DNA of 64,000 nt, taken from Bacteroidia bacterium. GTDB taxonomy: Bacteria > Bacteroidota > Bacteroidia > SpSt-205. Positions 43,448 through 52,170 of this stretch are shown here, in pieces. Where the stretch lies: NCBI GenBank assembly GCA_026003235.1, contig BPGW01000004.1, positions 82,665 through 146,664 on the forward strand, in the 5' to 3' direction. The notes below the pieces were generated by a model. The model worked only from the letters and a program-made list of their open reading frames with translations. It was not told the origin of the DNA and did not search any database. Position 1 is the first letter of the stretch, and each line of letters begins with the position of its first letter. The position numbers were made by a program, and so were the translations under genes.

Positions 43448-44520
43448 AGCCGCTCTCGGGGCGGTTTGAGCCCGAATGGCTTTATTGGGAAGGCCGTCTC
43501 TGGCACAGGCCGCTCATAGAGCTGACCGAAGGCCGCCTTGTCTCTCTGAATCCCCTGGGGGATGGCTCGGCTACTTTTATTGAGGGGCTTTTATCACCAG
43601 CTTGGGTCAATGCTCACACACACCTGGAGCTAAGCCATCTCAAGGGGCGATTTCCCCCAGGTCGGGGGATGATAGCCTTTTTGGAGGGGATGGGGCCTCA
43701 TCGGGGAAGGGCTTCTCCGGCCCAGATTCGTCAGGCGCTTCAAGAGGCTTCGCGTGAAGGAACCTGGGCTTTTGTCTCGCACCAGAATAGCCCTCTTTCT
43801 CCTGAAGCTATTCCTGAAGGGGTGGTGGTCCAGCCGCTGGCGGAGTTTTTTGGGCTTTCTTGCCGGCAAGCTCGTAAGCGCCTTCGTGCGGCCATTCGGC
43901 TGGGGTATCCTCTCACGCCGCATAGCTTGTACTCGCTGGCGCGGCCTTTGTTGCGGGCCGGCTCGCGGCCTTCCGGTTTCCCCCGTAGCGTCCATTTTTT
44001 GGAGAGCTTGGAAGAACGGCTCTGGCTATGGGAAGGAAAAGGTCCTTTTAGGGGGTTTTTCCGGCGATTCGTACGGGTTCCTGCCCCCCCTCGTTGGGCT
44101 TATTGGCTGCGCCGGTGGTATCGGAAAGCCCCAGCCTTATGGCTGGTACACACGACGGAGGCGCCTGAGACGCTGCTTGAGGCTCTCTTGCGTCGATACT
44201 CCCGGATGTATGGGGTGCTTTGCCCGCTGGCCAACTTGTATCTTTTTCGTCGCAGGCCTCCCTTAGCTCTTTGGGCCAGGTGGCCAGGCCGGTTCTTGCT
44301 TGGCACCGACAGCCTGGCGAATGCCCCTTCCTTGTCGCTGTGGCCGGTGATCCGTTACCTTGTGCAAGCAGGCTTTTCCTGGGAGCTTGTTTTGCAAGCG
44401 GCCGTGGACACGCCCCGAACCTGGATGCGCGTTCCGCCCCATTGGGTGCAAGTGAAGCCCCTGGGTCGCGTCCTTGCGCTCCAGCCTGCTACCCAAGCGC
44501 GCACCTTAGCGGGGGAGTGA
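43444..44520 (+). CDS. Amidohydrolase-superfamily deaminase-like protein (possibly aminodeoxyfutalosine deaminase-type)
   Basis: Start at MKPLSGRFE (ATGA overlap with the HNH stop). LLSPAWVNAHTHLELSHL is the HxH metal motif of chlorohydrolase/deaminase-type amidohydrolases. The substrate call is tentative. Confidence 0.5.
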   Translation: MKPLSGRFEPEWLYWEGRLWHRPLIELTEGRLVSLNPLGDGSATFIEGLLSPAWVNAHTHLELSHLKGRFPPGRGMIAFLEGMGPHRGRASPAQIRQALQEASREGTWAFVSHQNSPLSPEAIPEGVVVQPLAEFFGLSCRQARKRLRAAIRLGYPLTPHSLYSLARPLLRAGSRPSGFPRSVHFLESLEERLWLWEGKGPFRGFFRRFVRVPAPPRWAYWLRRWYRKAPALWLVHTTEAPETLLEALLRRYSRMYGVLCPLANLYLFRRRPPLALWARWPGRFLLGTDSLANAPSLSLWPVIRYLVQAGFSWELVLQAAVDTPRTWMRVPPHWVQVKPLGRVLALQPATQARTLAGE

Positions 44521-45144
44521 ATACACCAGCGCCCCGCCTATCGTGCGAAAATCCAGCGGTACAGGGTCAATACTGCCCAAAATGTCGGTGTTGCGCCGAC
44601 TCGGTAGCACATCAAAGTACAAGCGCAAGGTTGTGGGACTTACCCGACGAAGGTTGAAGGTCAAATCCACAAAAGCCGTGGGGTTGAGGTAAGTCTGTCG
44701 AAGCTTACCTACATAATTGCTTGAGAAGGTGGTGTACGTAAGCTGGAACGACACGAACCGCAGGCCGGCTCCTACGCCCAGCCCCAGTCGCTGCACATTG
44801 TACGCTGTGGCGCCAGCCCCTATATGCGCGTGGGCATACACGGGAACCGCTATCATCCAGTTGGTGCCAAGTCCGCCCAAGAACTGAAAAGCTCCGGTCA
44901 CCTGAGCCCCTGGTCCTACAGCCAAAAAGTCGTCTTCGGTGCGAAAGTAAGTGTAGTTGCTGCCCACGGTGAGGCCCCAGTAGTTGGTGGTGGAGGAAAA
45001 GAGGGGGGTATTCAGGAAGCGAATGTCTATGAAGGCCAACTCACCCCCGAAGAAAGGATTGAGCTTAGCCCAGAGGTCTTGATTGGGAGAGGGGGCTTGG
45101 GCTTGTAGGGCCGCCATCAGCGCCCCCAACAGAAGGAGCCGCAC
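44506..45144 (-). CDS. Hypothetical outer-membrane beta-barrel protein
   Basis: 212 aa. Signal peptide MRLLLLGALMAALQAQA, alternating Gly/aromatic beta-strand pattern. Confidence 0.45.
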   Translation of the reverse strand: MRLLLLGALMAALQAQAPSPNQDLWAKLNPFFGGELAFIDIRFLNTPLFSSTTNYWGLTVGSNYTYFRTEDDFLAVGPGAQVTGAFQFLGGLGTNWMIAVPVYAHAHIGAGATAYNVQRLGLGVGAGLRFVSFQLTYTTFSSNYVGKLRQTYLNPTAFVDLTFNLRRVSPTTLRLYFDVLPSRRNTDILGSIDPVPLDFRTIGGALVYSLPR

Positions 45145-45147
45145 CCC

Positions 45148-45570
45148 TCAGCAGTATTCGTCAAAGAGGGCCGTCAGGACTCGGGCAATGGATTGAGGCG
45201 TGTGGCCCTCTATTTCATGCCGGGGGATGAAGTGCACCAGTTCGCTGCCCTTCCAGAGGGCTATGCTGGGGGAAGAAGGCGGATGAGGGGCCAGGTACGC
45301 GCGCAAGGTGGCGGTGGCTTCTTTGTCCACACCCGCAAACACGCTATAAAAGTGGTGCGGTTTTTTGGGGTGTTGCATGGCCAGGGCCACAGCCGGCCGA
45401 GCCGAAGCTGCCGAGCACCCACACACCGAGTTGATGAGGAATAGAGCCGTTTCGCCGCTCGATCGCAGCGCTGCGATGGCCGCCTCCACCTCTTCGGGCG
45501 TGCGCAGCTCCTTCAGCCCTATTTGGACGGTTTCTTGGCGGATGGGTTCCACGACGTAGGTTGGGTACAT
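45148..45570 (-). CDS. Bacilliredoxin (BrxA/BrxB, YphP/YqiW family)
   Basis: 140 aa. LINSVCGCSAASARP carries the CGC redox motif characteristic of the family. Confidence 0.8.
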   Translation of the reverse strand: MYPTYVVEPIRQETVQIGLKELRTPEEVEAAIAALRSSGETALFLINSVCGCSAASARPAVALAMQHPKKPHHFYSVFAGVDKEATATLRAYLAPHPPSSPSIALWKGSELVHFIPRHEIEGHTPQSIARVLTALFDEYC

Positions 45571-45574
45571 GGCG

Positions 45575-45582
45575 CAAAGTTA
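45575..45582 (-). promoter_or_regulatory. -7 box TAACTTTG, 4 nt upstream of ATG 45570
   Basis: Exact TAnnTTTG match. Confidence 0.55.
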
Positions 45583-45628
45583 ACGCAATCCCACCCTGTA
45601 CAAGTTCGGGTGGTGGGAGGGGTAAGGG

Positions 45629-46462
45629 CTAAAATCGGAGGGGGAGCTGCAGATTCCGTGGTGGGGAGGCCTTTTCTGGCAAGTGGGCTGGCCGAGGGAA
45701 AGGCTGCCCTTCCACCCAGAGGTTTGTCCATATCCAGCTTTCGGTCAAGGTGCTGGGGTAGTAGTCGTTTATGCGCACGAGGTAGGCGTAGGGGATGGGT
45801 TGGGAGAGGGTCTTTTCTAAGAGGCGGCGCAGGTGTCGGGGGAGGCGGCGAAGGGGTTGGCTGACGGTCTCTTCGTCGTAGGGGAGCCGAGGATCCTGGT
45901 GTATCAGGAGGCCTGCCTTTTCCAGGCGAGCGGTGCCGTCTGGGAAAGTCCTGAGGGTGAGGCTAAAGGCGCTAAGGCGTCCTCTGGGCGGGCGCTTGTA
46001 CAAGAGCCAGCCCTGCAGAAGGGGTTCTAGATAGGATAGGTTGGTCAGCCCCAAGGTATCGCCGGGCACCTGCGGACGCGGCGCTACAGGTAGCAGGAGT
46101 TCTATCTCTCGGTAGGGGCGGCGGCCTGGCAGCCACACCGCCGGGCCACACAAACACCGAAAGGCCTTTTGCATCCAACGCAGGTTAGGGGGCCGGCTCT
46201 GGAAGATCACCGAATCCTCCCCCCGTAAAAAGTACCACACCCAGTGGTCCTGGTCTTGGCAGACACGATAAAGCGCTACCCCTTTCTGCAGAAAAAAGCT
46301 TTTAGGTGGAGGCAGCTTGCTGTGTATTTCTCGCAGGTCCAGCTTAGCGCTGGCTTGCCTTAAGGCCCGTAGGCTACCGGCTTTTTCTGCCCAAACCCTG
46401 TCCTGATGAACCAGGTCATAGGGAAGGGCGCACGATTGCACCCACAGCAGTAGGGTCAGCAC
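45629..46462 (-). CDS. Hypothetical lipoprotein
   Basis: 277 aa. The GTG start gives MLTLLLWVQSC (lipobox-like). No family recognised. Confidence 0.4.
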   Translation of the reverse strand: MLTLLLWVQSCALPYDLVHQDRVWAEKAGSLRALRQASAKLDLREIHSKLPPPKSFFLQKGVALYRVCQDQDHWVWYFLRGEDSVIFQSRPPNLRWMQKAFRCLCGPAVWLPGRRPYREIELLLPVAPRPQVPGDTLGLTNLSYLEPLLQGWLLYKRPPRGRLSAFSLTLRTFPDGTARLEKAGLLIHQDPRLPYDEETVSQPLRRLPRHLRRLLEKTLSQPIPYAYLVRINDYYPSTLTESWIWTNLWVEGQPFPRPAHLPEKASPPRNLQLPLRF

Positions 46463-46467
46463 TTCCT

Positions 46468-46475
46468 CAAAGGTA
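46468..46475 (-). promoter_or_regulatory. -7 box TACCTTTG, 5 nt upstream of GTG 46462
   Basis: Exact TAnnTTTG match. Confidence 0.5.
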
Positions 46476-46485
46476 AGCAGTACGG

Positions 46486-46493
46486 TATCTTTG
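46486..46493 (+). promoter_or_regulatory. -7 box TATCTTTG, 4 nt upstream of ATG 46498
   Basis: Exact TAnnTTTG match at the head of the alpha-glucan cluster, 10 nt from the divergent box. Confidence 0.55.
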
Positions 46494-46497
46494 CGCT

Positions 46498-48339
46498 ATG
46501 CAAGAGGTGGGGCGGGTACCCCTTATTCAGGAAAGCTGGGCTCTCAGACGGGAGCTTTTTCAGCAGACTCGCTGGGGAGGCTTTGCGGCGACAAGCTTGT
46601 GGGGGTGCCCCACCCGCAAGTACCACAGCTGGTTCTCGGTATGGCGGGGCTTCGGCCGCTATGAACTCCTGCCTCAGGTGGAAGAGCTTCTCCACCTGGA
46701 ACAAGGCCATTTCCTCCTTACGACGCATTTCTTTCAGGGTCGGCTTGCTTGGGAGGGCTACCGGCATCTCACGCGTTTTGCAGCTTATCCAGCCTGGACC
46801 TGGCATTACCAGGTGGGCGAAGTGCGGGTGGTAAAAACCTTTTTTCTCCACCCTAAACAACCTGTAGCGTATTTTCAATATGAGTTTTCAGGGCCGGTTC
46901 TTTTTCGGTGGACGCCTTTGTGGGCGGTTCGTCCATGGCATACCCTTCGGCATGAGCCTCTCACCGTCGTGCGCAAAGGAGAACGGCTGGAATTACCTGA
47001 AGGCTTTGTGCTTTACCTCAAGGTCGATCCTGTCCCGCGTTTTATCCCCTGGGCCTATCCCTATGAGGGCAGCTACTACCCTCGTGAAGCGGAGCGCGGT
47101 TACGAAGCCCTTGAGACGCTTTACGCTGCGGAGTGTTGGGAGTGGCGTTTGCATGGCCCTGGCCGCATCCGTATCGCTTTGAGCCTGGAGGGGCCCCTCG
47201 GCGAATGGCCCTCGGCCCCCTCTCCAGGGCTTCCTTTTTCCTTCTCGGAGGCTCTTTCGCAAGCGGCCGAACAGTTCTTCCTCTCGGACGCAGAGGGTGA
47301 CTACGTTCTTGCGGGGCATCCCTGGTTTGGGGTATGGGGACGAGATACTTTTATTAGCCTGCCAGGGCTGACCTTAGCTCGGGGCCAGGAAGAGCGCTTT
47401 CACCGCATCATGGAGACGGCTGTGCGGTACCTTTCTCCGGATGGCCGCTTGCCCAACGTCTTCCCTGACTCGTACAACGCAGAAGACACGGGCTTGTGGT
47501 GGGGGTGGGCGATCTTGCAGTATTTGCGCATGGGGGCTGATCCGGGCCAGGTCTACCGCCGCTATGGAGAGGTCCTTCAAGCTGTGGCGGTGGGGTACCT
47601 TCAAAGGCTGGCTGACGAAGAAGGGCTTTTACGGGTGCCGGCGTTCCCTCCGGCTTCATGGATGGACGCGGTGGTGGAAGGCCAGCCTGCCGTGCCTCGC
47701 CAAGGCGCCCTCGTGGAACTCAATGCCCTGTGGTATGCTCTCCTTCGCCTTTTGGCTGAGCTTTCGCCCTCCGAAGGGGCACGATGGCGGTGGGACCTCC
47801 TGGCGCGCCAAGTGCTGGCCCACTTCAAGCCTACTTTCTGGGAGAAAAGCCGGGGATACTTGGCTGACTGGCGGGACGGGTCCCTTGTCAGCTGGCAAAT
47901 CCGGCCCAATCAGCTCTTTGCGGCCGCTCTGCCGCATCGGCCCATCAGCGACAAAATCGCCGAACTTGTGCTGGATACGGTAGAGAAGCACCTTTTGACG
48001 CCCCGGGGTCTGCGTACCCTTTCGCCGGCTGATCCCGCTTACCGGGGCCTCTACGGAGGTTCGCCCGCTCAGCGAGACTACGCTTACCACAACGGCACGG
48101 TCTGGCCTTGGTTGCTTGGCCCTTACGCCGACGCTAAGCTCGCTATCTGGGGAGAGGCGGCCAAACCCACCCTGGAAAACCTCTTTTCCGGCTTTGAGTC
48201 GGTCTTTTACAGCTATGGGTGGGGACAGGTGGCTGAGATTTTTGATGGCGATGCGCCGCATGCTCCCCGTGGCGCTCCGGCCCAAGCTTGGAGCGTGGCC
48301 GAGCTGCTCCGCATCGCTTTCTACCTCAAGCGCTTATGA
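46498..48339 (+). CDS. Glycogen debranching enzyme (amylo-alpha-1,6-glucosidase, archaeal/bacterial GDE type)
   Basis: 613 aa. GHPWFGVWGRDTFISLPGL, YHNGTVWPWLLGPY and AQAWSVAELLR are typical of the GDE_C (alpha/alpha)6 domain. Confidence 0.85.
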   Translation: MQEVGRVPLIQESWALRRELFQQTRWGGFAATSLWGCPTRKYHSWFSVWRGFGRYELLPQVEELLHLEQGHFLLTTHFFQGRLAWEGYRHLTRFAAYPAWTWHYQVGEVRVVKTFFLHPKQPVAYFQYEFSGPVLFRWTPLWAVRPWHTLRHEPLTVVRKGERLELPEGFVLYLKVDPVPRFIPWAYPYEGSYYPREAERGYEALETLYAAECWEWRLHGPGRIRIALSLEGPLGEWPSAPSPGLPFSFSEALSQAAEQFFLSDAEGDYVLAGHPWFGVWGRDTFISLPGLTLARGQEERFHRIMETAVRYLSPDGRLPNVFPDSYNAEDTGLWWGWAILQYLRMGADPGQVYRRYGEVLQAVAVGYLQRLADEEGLLRVPAFPPASWMDAVVEGQPAVPRQGALVELNALWYALLRLLAELSPSEGARWRWDLLARQVLAHFKPTFWEKSRGYLADWRDGSLVSWQIRPNQLFAAALPHRPISDKIAELVLDTVEKHLLTPRGLRTLSPADPAYRGLYGGSPAQRDYAYHNGTVWPWLLGPYADAKLAIWGEAAKPTLENLFSGFESVFYSYGWGQVAEIFDGDAPHAPRGAPAQAWSVAELLRIAFYLKRL

Positions 48340-49610
48340 AAGTACTGATGTTGGGCTGGGAGTTCCCTCCTCGCATTGCGGGTGGGCTGGCGGTAGCCTG
48401 CTACGGTCTGGTCAAGGGCCTGGTGCACCACGGGGTGGAAGTCGTTTTCGTGATGCCTTTGCGCAAAGGCGACGAACCCGCACAAGGGTATCGTCTGCTG
48501 GGCGCCAACGAAATTGAAGTGCCCCTGGGCTCCGTCCCTAAGGAAAGCTGGGTGCGGACCGTCACCTGGTATGGCCTGGAGACTTGGCTGGGGCCTTACC
48601 TGGAGCAAATAGCGACTTCACCGCTGGAGTTTCGGACTGTATGGCCAGAAGAGGTGGAAGCCCCCCCTGGCAGCCTCCGACTGGAGTTTTCCGGTAGGTA
48701 CGGCCCTGACCTCCTGGACGAGGTGTACCGCTACGCCTATGTGGTAAGCCACCTGGCCGAAAGAGAGACTTTTGACCTAATCCACGCGCACGATTGGCTG
48801 ACGTACTTAGGGGGGATAGCCCTCAAGGAAAAGACCGGTAAGCCTCTGGTGGTCCATGTGCACGCTACAGAATACGATCGCTCCGGAGAAGGGGCTAACC
48901 CGCTGATTTATGAGATAGAGCGGCGAGGCATGGAGGAGGCGGATGCGGTGGTGGCCGTGAGCTGGTACACCCGTTCTATCGTGGTGGAGAAGTACGGCAT
49001 CCCTTCAGAGAAGGTATGGGCGGTGCACAACGCCGTGCTGCCGAAAGACCGCGTGCCGGTGGAAAAGCCCCCTTCGTCCCGTAAGGTGGTCACTTTTCTG
49101 GGGCGCGTCACGCGCCAGAAAGGTCCAGAGTACTTTGTAGAGGCTGCGGCGCGGGTGGCTCCGTACGTACCGGAAGCGCACTTCGTTATGGCAGGCACCG
49201 GTGACTTGCTGCGGCCCATGATCCACCGCGTGGCCCAGCTGCGCTTGGGGTCTCGCTTCAGCTTCACTGGCTTCCTGCCCCCAGCCGAAGTGGAAAAACT
49301 CTTTGATCTGAGCGATGTGTATGTCATGCCTTCGGTCTCTGAACCTTTCGGTATCTCCGCGCTGGAAGCCCTCAGAGCAGGAATTCCTGTGATTGTGTCT
49401 CGCCAGTCGGGCGTAGCAGAAGTGCTCCCCCATGCCCTCAAGGTGGATTTTTGGGATGTGGAAGGCCTGGCAGACCTCTTGTATGGGGTCCTGCGCTACC
49501 GGGGTATCCGCCCCTTTTTCCAGCGCCATGCCCAGGAAGAATTAGCTCAGCTGCAGTGGGAGCGTTCCAGCGCCCGCATCGTGGAACTGTACAAAACCCT
49601 ACTCGCATGA
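48336..49610 (+). CDS. GT4-family glycosyltransferase (glycogen-synthase-like)
   Basis: Start MKVLMLGWEFPPRIAGGLAVACYGL (ATGA overlap). C-terminal ..MPSVSEPFGISALEALRAGIPVIVS is the GT4 E-x7-E region. 424 aa. Confidence 0.8.
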   Translation: MKVLMLGWEFPPRIAGGLAVACYGLVKGLVHHGVEVVFVMPLRKGDEPAQGYRLLGANEIEVPLGSVPKESWVRTVTWYGLETWLGPYLEQIATSPLEFRTVWPEEVEAPPGSLRLEFSGRYGPDLLDEVYRYAYVVSHLAERETFDLIHAHDWLTYLGGIALKEKTGKPLVVHVHATEYDRSGEGANPLIYEIERRGMEEADAVVAVSWYTRSIVVEKYGIPSEKVWAVHNAVLPKDRVPVEKPPSSRKVVTFLGRVTRQKGPEYFVEAAARVAPYVPEAHFVMAGTGDLLRPMIHRVAQLRLGSRFSFTGFLPPAEVEKLFDLSDVYVMPSVSEPFGISALEALRAGIPVIVSRQSGVAEVLPHALKVDFWDVEGLADLLYGVLRYRGIRPFFQRHAQEELAQLQWERSSARIVELYKTLLA

Positions 49611-50818
49611 GGAGGATTTGCCTTTATTTTCAGGTTCATCAGCCTTTTCGGTTGCGCGTGTATCGTTTTTTTGACATTGGGGTCTCGCACGACTATTACC
49701 ACGATCTCAACAACCGCGCTCTTCTGGAACGCATCGCGCGCAAGAGCTACCTTCCTATGAATGCCCTGCTGCAGCGCCTGGTAGAGAAGTGGGGACCTGA
49801 GCGGTTTTCGGTCTCGTTTGCGATTAGCGGGGTGGCGCTGGAGCAGATGGAATGGTACGCTCCGCAAGTGCTGGAGAGTTTTCAGGCCCTGTATGCCACG
49901 GGTGCGGTGGAGCTGGTGGCGGAAACCTACGCCCACAGCCTGGCTTGCCTGAAGTCCCGCCGTGAGTTTGAGCGCCAAGTGCGCCTTCACCTTCAAAAGC
50001 TTAAGAAGCTTTTTGATGCCGAGCCGCGCACTTTTCGCAATACGGAGCTTGTTTTTTACGATGAGGTGGCTCAATGGGTGAGTCAATTGGGCTTTTCGGC
50101 GATGTTAGCCGAAGGGGCAGATACCTTACTTGGCTGGCGCAGTCCAAACTTCCTCTATGAGAGCGCTGCCGCCTCTATTCGGCTTCTGCTGCGCAACTAC
50201 AAGCTTAGCGACGATATCGCCTTCCGCTTTTCTAACCGAGATTGGCCAGAATGGCCCCTTACCGCTGAGAAGTTTGCCCGCTGGATCCAAGACCTGCCTG
50301 CTGATCAGCCTTTGGTCAATCTCTTTATGGACTACGAGACCTTTGGGGAGCATCAGTGGGCAGAGTCGGGGATTTTTGCCTTTTTTGAGGCGTGGGTTAA
50401 CCGCATGCTTGAGAGTGGGGAAGCCGTTTTTGTCACGCCGCGGGCTGTCCTTCAAGCGCTGGAGCCCCAAGCTGCCCTTTCGGTGCCTGCGCCCTTGTCC
50501 TGGGCCGACTCCGAAAGGGACCTAACCGCCTGGCTCGGTAATGAGCTTCAGACCGACGCATTTGAGAGCCTCTATGCCCTTGAAGAGGCTGTGAGCGGCA
50601 TCCAAGACCCCGCTATTCAGCGCGATTGGCTGCGCTTGCAAACCAGCGACCACTTTTACTACATGTGCACCAAGTTCTTCTCCGATGGGGATGTGCACAA
50701 GTATTTCAATCCCTTCAGTTCGCCGTACGAGGCCTATGTGACCTACATGAATGTGCTCTCAGACTTCACGCAGCGGGTGAAGGAGGCTGCCCCGAGAAGA
50801 GTTATGACATCTGACTAA
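49607..50818 (+). CDS. Glycoside hydrolase family 57 protein
   Basis: Start MRRICLYFQVHQPFR (ATGA overlap). GH57 conserved regions are visible: HQP, GAVELVAETYAHS, MLAEGA, FMDYETFGEH and QTSDHFYYM. 403 aa. Confidence 0.8.
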   Translation: MRRICLYFQVHQPFRLRVYRFFDIGVSHDYYHDLNNRALLERIARKSYLPMNALLQRLVEKWGPERFSVSFAISGVALEQMEWYAPQVLESFQALYATGAVELVAETYAHSLACLKSRREFERQVRLHLQKLKKLFDAEPRTFRNTELVFYDEVAQWVSQLGFSAMLAEGADTLLGWRSPNFLYESAAASIRLLLRNYKLSDDIAFRFSNRDWPEWPLTAEKFARWIQDLPADQPLVNLFMDYETFGEHQWAESGIFAFFEAWVNRMLESGEAVFVTPRAVLQALEPQAALSVPAPLSWADSERDLTAWLGNELQTDAFESLYALEEAVSGIQDPAIQRDWLRLQTSDHFYYMCTKFFSDGDVHKYFNPFSSPYEAYVTYMNVLSDFTQRVKEAAPRRVMTSD

Positions 50819-50823
50819 TTTTG
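50816..50823 (+). promoter_or_regulatory. -7 box TAATTTTG, 6 nt upstream of ATG 50830
   Basis: Exact TAnnTTTG match overlapping the GH57 stop codon. Confidence 0.45.
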
Positions 50824-50829
50824 CGGGGC

Positions 50830-52113
50830 ATGCGATGGCTCTGGGTTGGGCTTCTAAGCGTAGGGTGGACGCAGGGAGCGTCCTACTTTACGGACATTAG
50901 GAGTGCTTTTCGGGAAGCGCGCCGGCAAAAGAAACCCCTCTGGGTGATGGTTTCGGCCACCTGGTGCGGCCCTTGTAAAGTGGTTGAGAAAGAGGCTCTC
51001 TCCAAACCTGCGTTTGTCCAGGCGCTGGCAAAAGACTTTGTACCCCTGAAGGTGTACGCCGCCAGTGGAGACCGTAGCACACCGGGGGGCGATTCGCTGG
51101 CGCGTCGCTACGGCGTCAGGGCTTATCCTACCTTCCTCTATCTGGAGCCGGAAGGGGAGAGGTTTTACGCGCATGTGGGGGCGCCGACCGAGATGGGGAA
51201 ACCCCTACCCGAAGCCCTGCTGGCTTGGGCCCAGGAAGCCCTCCAAGCCCGACGGACCCTCCCAGACCTGCGCAGGCGCTTCCAGGCCGGTGAGCGTTCT
51301 GTGGATTTCCTGCGCTCCTACCTCTGGCTGGCGGTTCGCACGGGCAACCCGGAAGAAATCCGTCAGGTGGTTCAGGCCTATCGTGAGCAGACCGCTTCTC
51401 CCCGCATCGCTTGGGCCGAAGACCCTCGCATGATGGAAGCGCTGACCGAGCTCCTTGCGTTGGATACAGCGTATGTGGAGTACGCCCTCTCCATAGCGGA
51501 CTCGCTGCGGCCGTATTTGCTTCCTTCGGCTTTTCAGGCGGTTTATCAGCCTCTTGTGCAGAGGTCCCTTTATGCTGGGCTTCAAGGCAAGGCCGCCGGG
51601 TCGGCCGACCTGCGCGATAGCCTTGAGCGGCGAGCCGCCCGATGGCAAGCCCGTCTGCCAGAAGCCGAACTCTGGGGCTTGGCTGAGCGGGTGCATTGGG
51701 ATTTTTTGCATCTGGGAGCGCTAAAGCGGGACTCTGCCCGGTATGCCCAAGCCGAGACCGCCCTGAAGCCTCATCTTTTCCGCTTGGCTGCGCTGTGGAT
51801 GCAGTTTTACCAGGCTGACACCAGCAAAGCCTCTTTGGCCAACCAGCTCAATAGCCTTGCCTGGAATGCTTACGAGAGGGTAAAAGACCCCGACGTGCTC
51901 TGGGCAGCCGTCGGATGGACGCACTATGCCCTGACTTGCGCGCCGCAAGCCTGGCACATTTGGGACACACTGGGTGCCCTGTATCACAAGCTTGGCCGCA
52001 ACCGTGAAGCCGCCGCAGCCCTCCAGAAGGCCATCACGCTGGCCGAGAGCCAGAACGTGCCGCCAGAAGAATACCAAAGTACGCGCGAGCTCCTTCAAAA
52101 AGTCCAGCCTTAG
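50830..52113 (+). CDS. Secreted thioredoxin-domain protein with a C-terminal TPR-like helical domain
   Basis: Signal peptide MRWLWVGLLSVGWTQG. WVMVSATWCGPCKVVEKE carries the CGPC motif. The C-terminus is TPR-like (WDTLGALYHKLGRNREAAAALQKAI). Confidence 0.65.
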   Translation: MRWLWVGLLSVGWTQGASYFTDIRSAFREARRQKKPLWVMVSATWCGPCKVVEKEALSKPAFVQALAKDFVPLKVYAASGDRSTPGGDSLARRYGVRAYPTFLYLEPEGERFYAHVGAPTEMGKPLPEALLAWAQEALQARRTLPDLRRRFQAGERSVDFLRSYLWLAVRTGNPEEIRQVVQAYREQTASPRIAWAEDPRMMEALTELLALDTAYVEYALSIADSLRPYLLPSAFQAVYQPLVQRSLYAGLQGKAAGSADLRDSLERRAARWQARLPEAELWGLAERVHWDFLHLGALKRDSARYAQAETALKPHLFRLAALWMQFYQADTSKASLANQLNSLAWNAYERVKDPDVLWAAVGWTHYALTCAPQAWHIWDTLGALYHKLGRNREAAAALQKAITLAESQNVPPEEYQSTRELLQKVQP

Positions 52114-52170
52114 CTGGGTAGGCCCAAGGGGACTTTATAGCAGGGGCTTTTGTTTTTTTGTTCGGCCTCT

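Noticed and set aside
46456-46878. 140-aa minus-strand ORF upstream of the lipoprotein gene
   Set aside because: It lies antisense to the well-supported N-terminus of the glycogen debranching enzyme (46498..48339). Its start would sit beyond the two mapped -7 boxes. It has no recognisable motif and is a typical GC-rich shadow ORF.
52114-52170. Possible terminator or promoter between the Trx-TPR gene and mqnC (T-rich GGGGCTTTTGTTTTTTTG)
   Set aside because: I could not find a complementary 5' stem arm, and there is no TAnnTTTG match with appropriate spacing. The T-run alone is not sufficient evidence.
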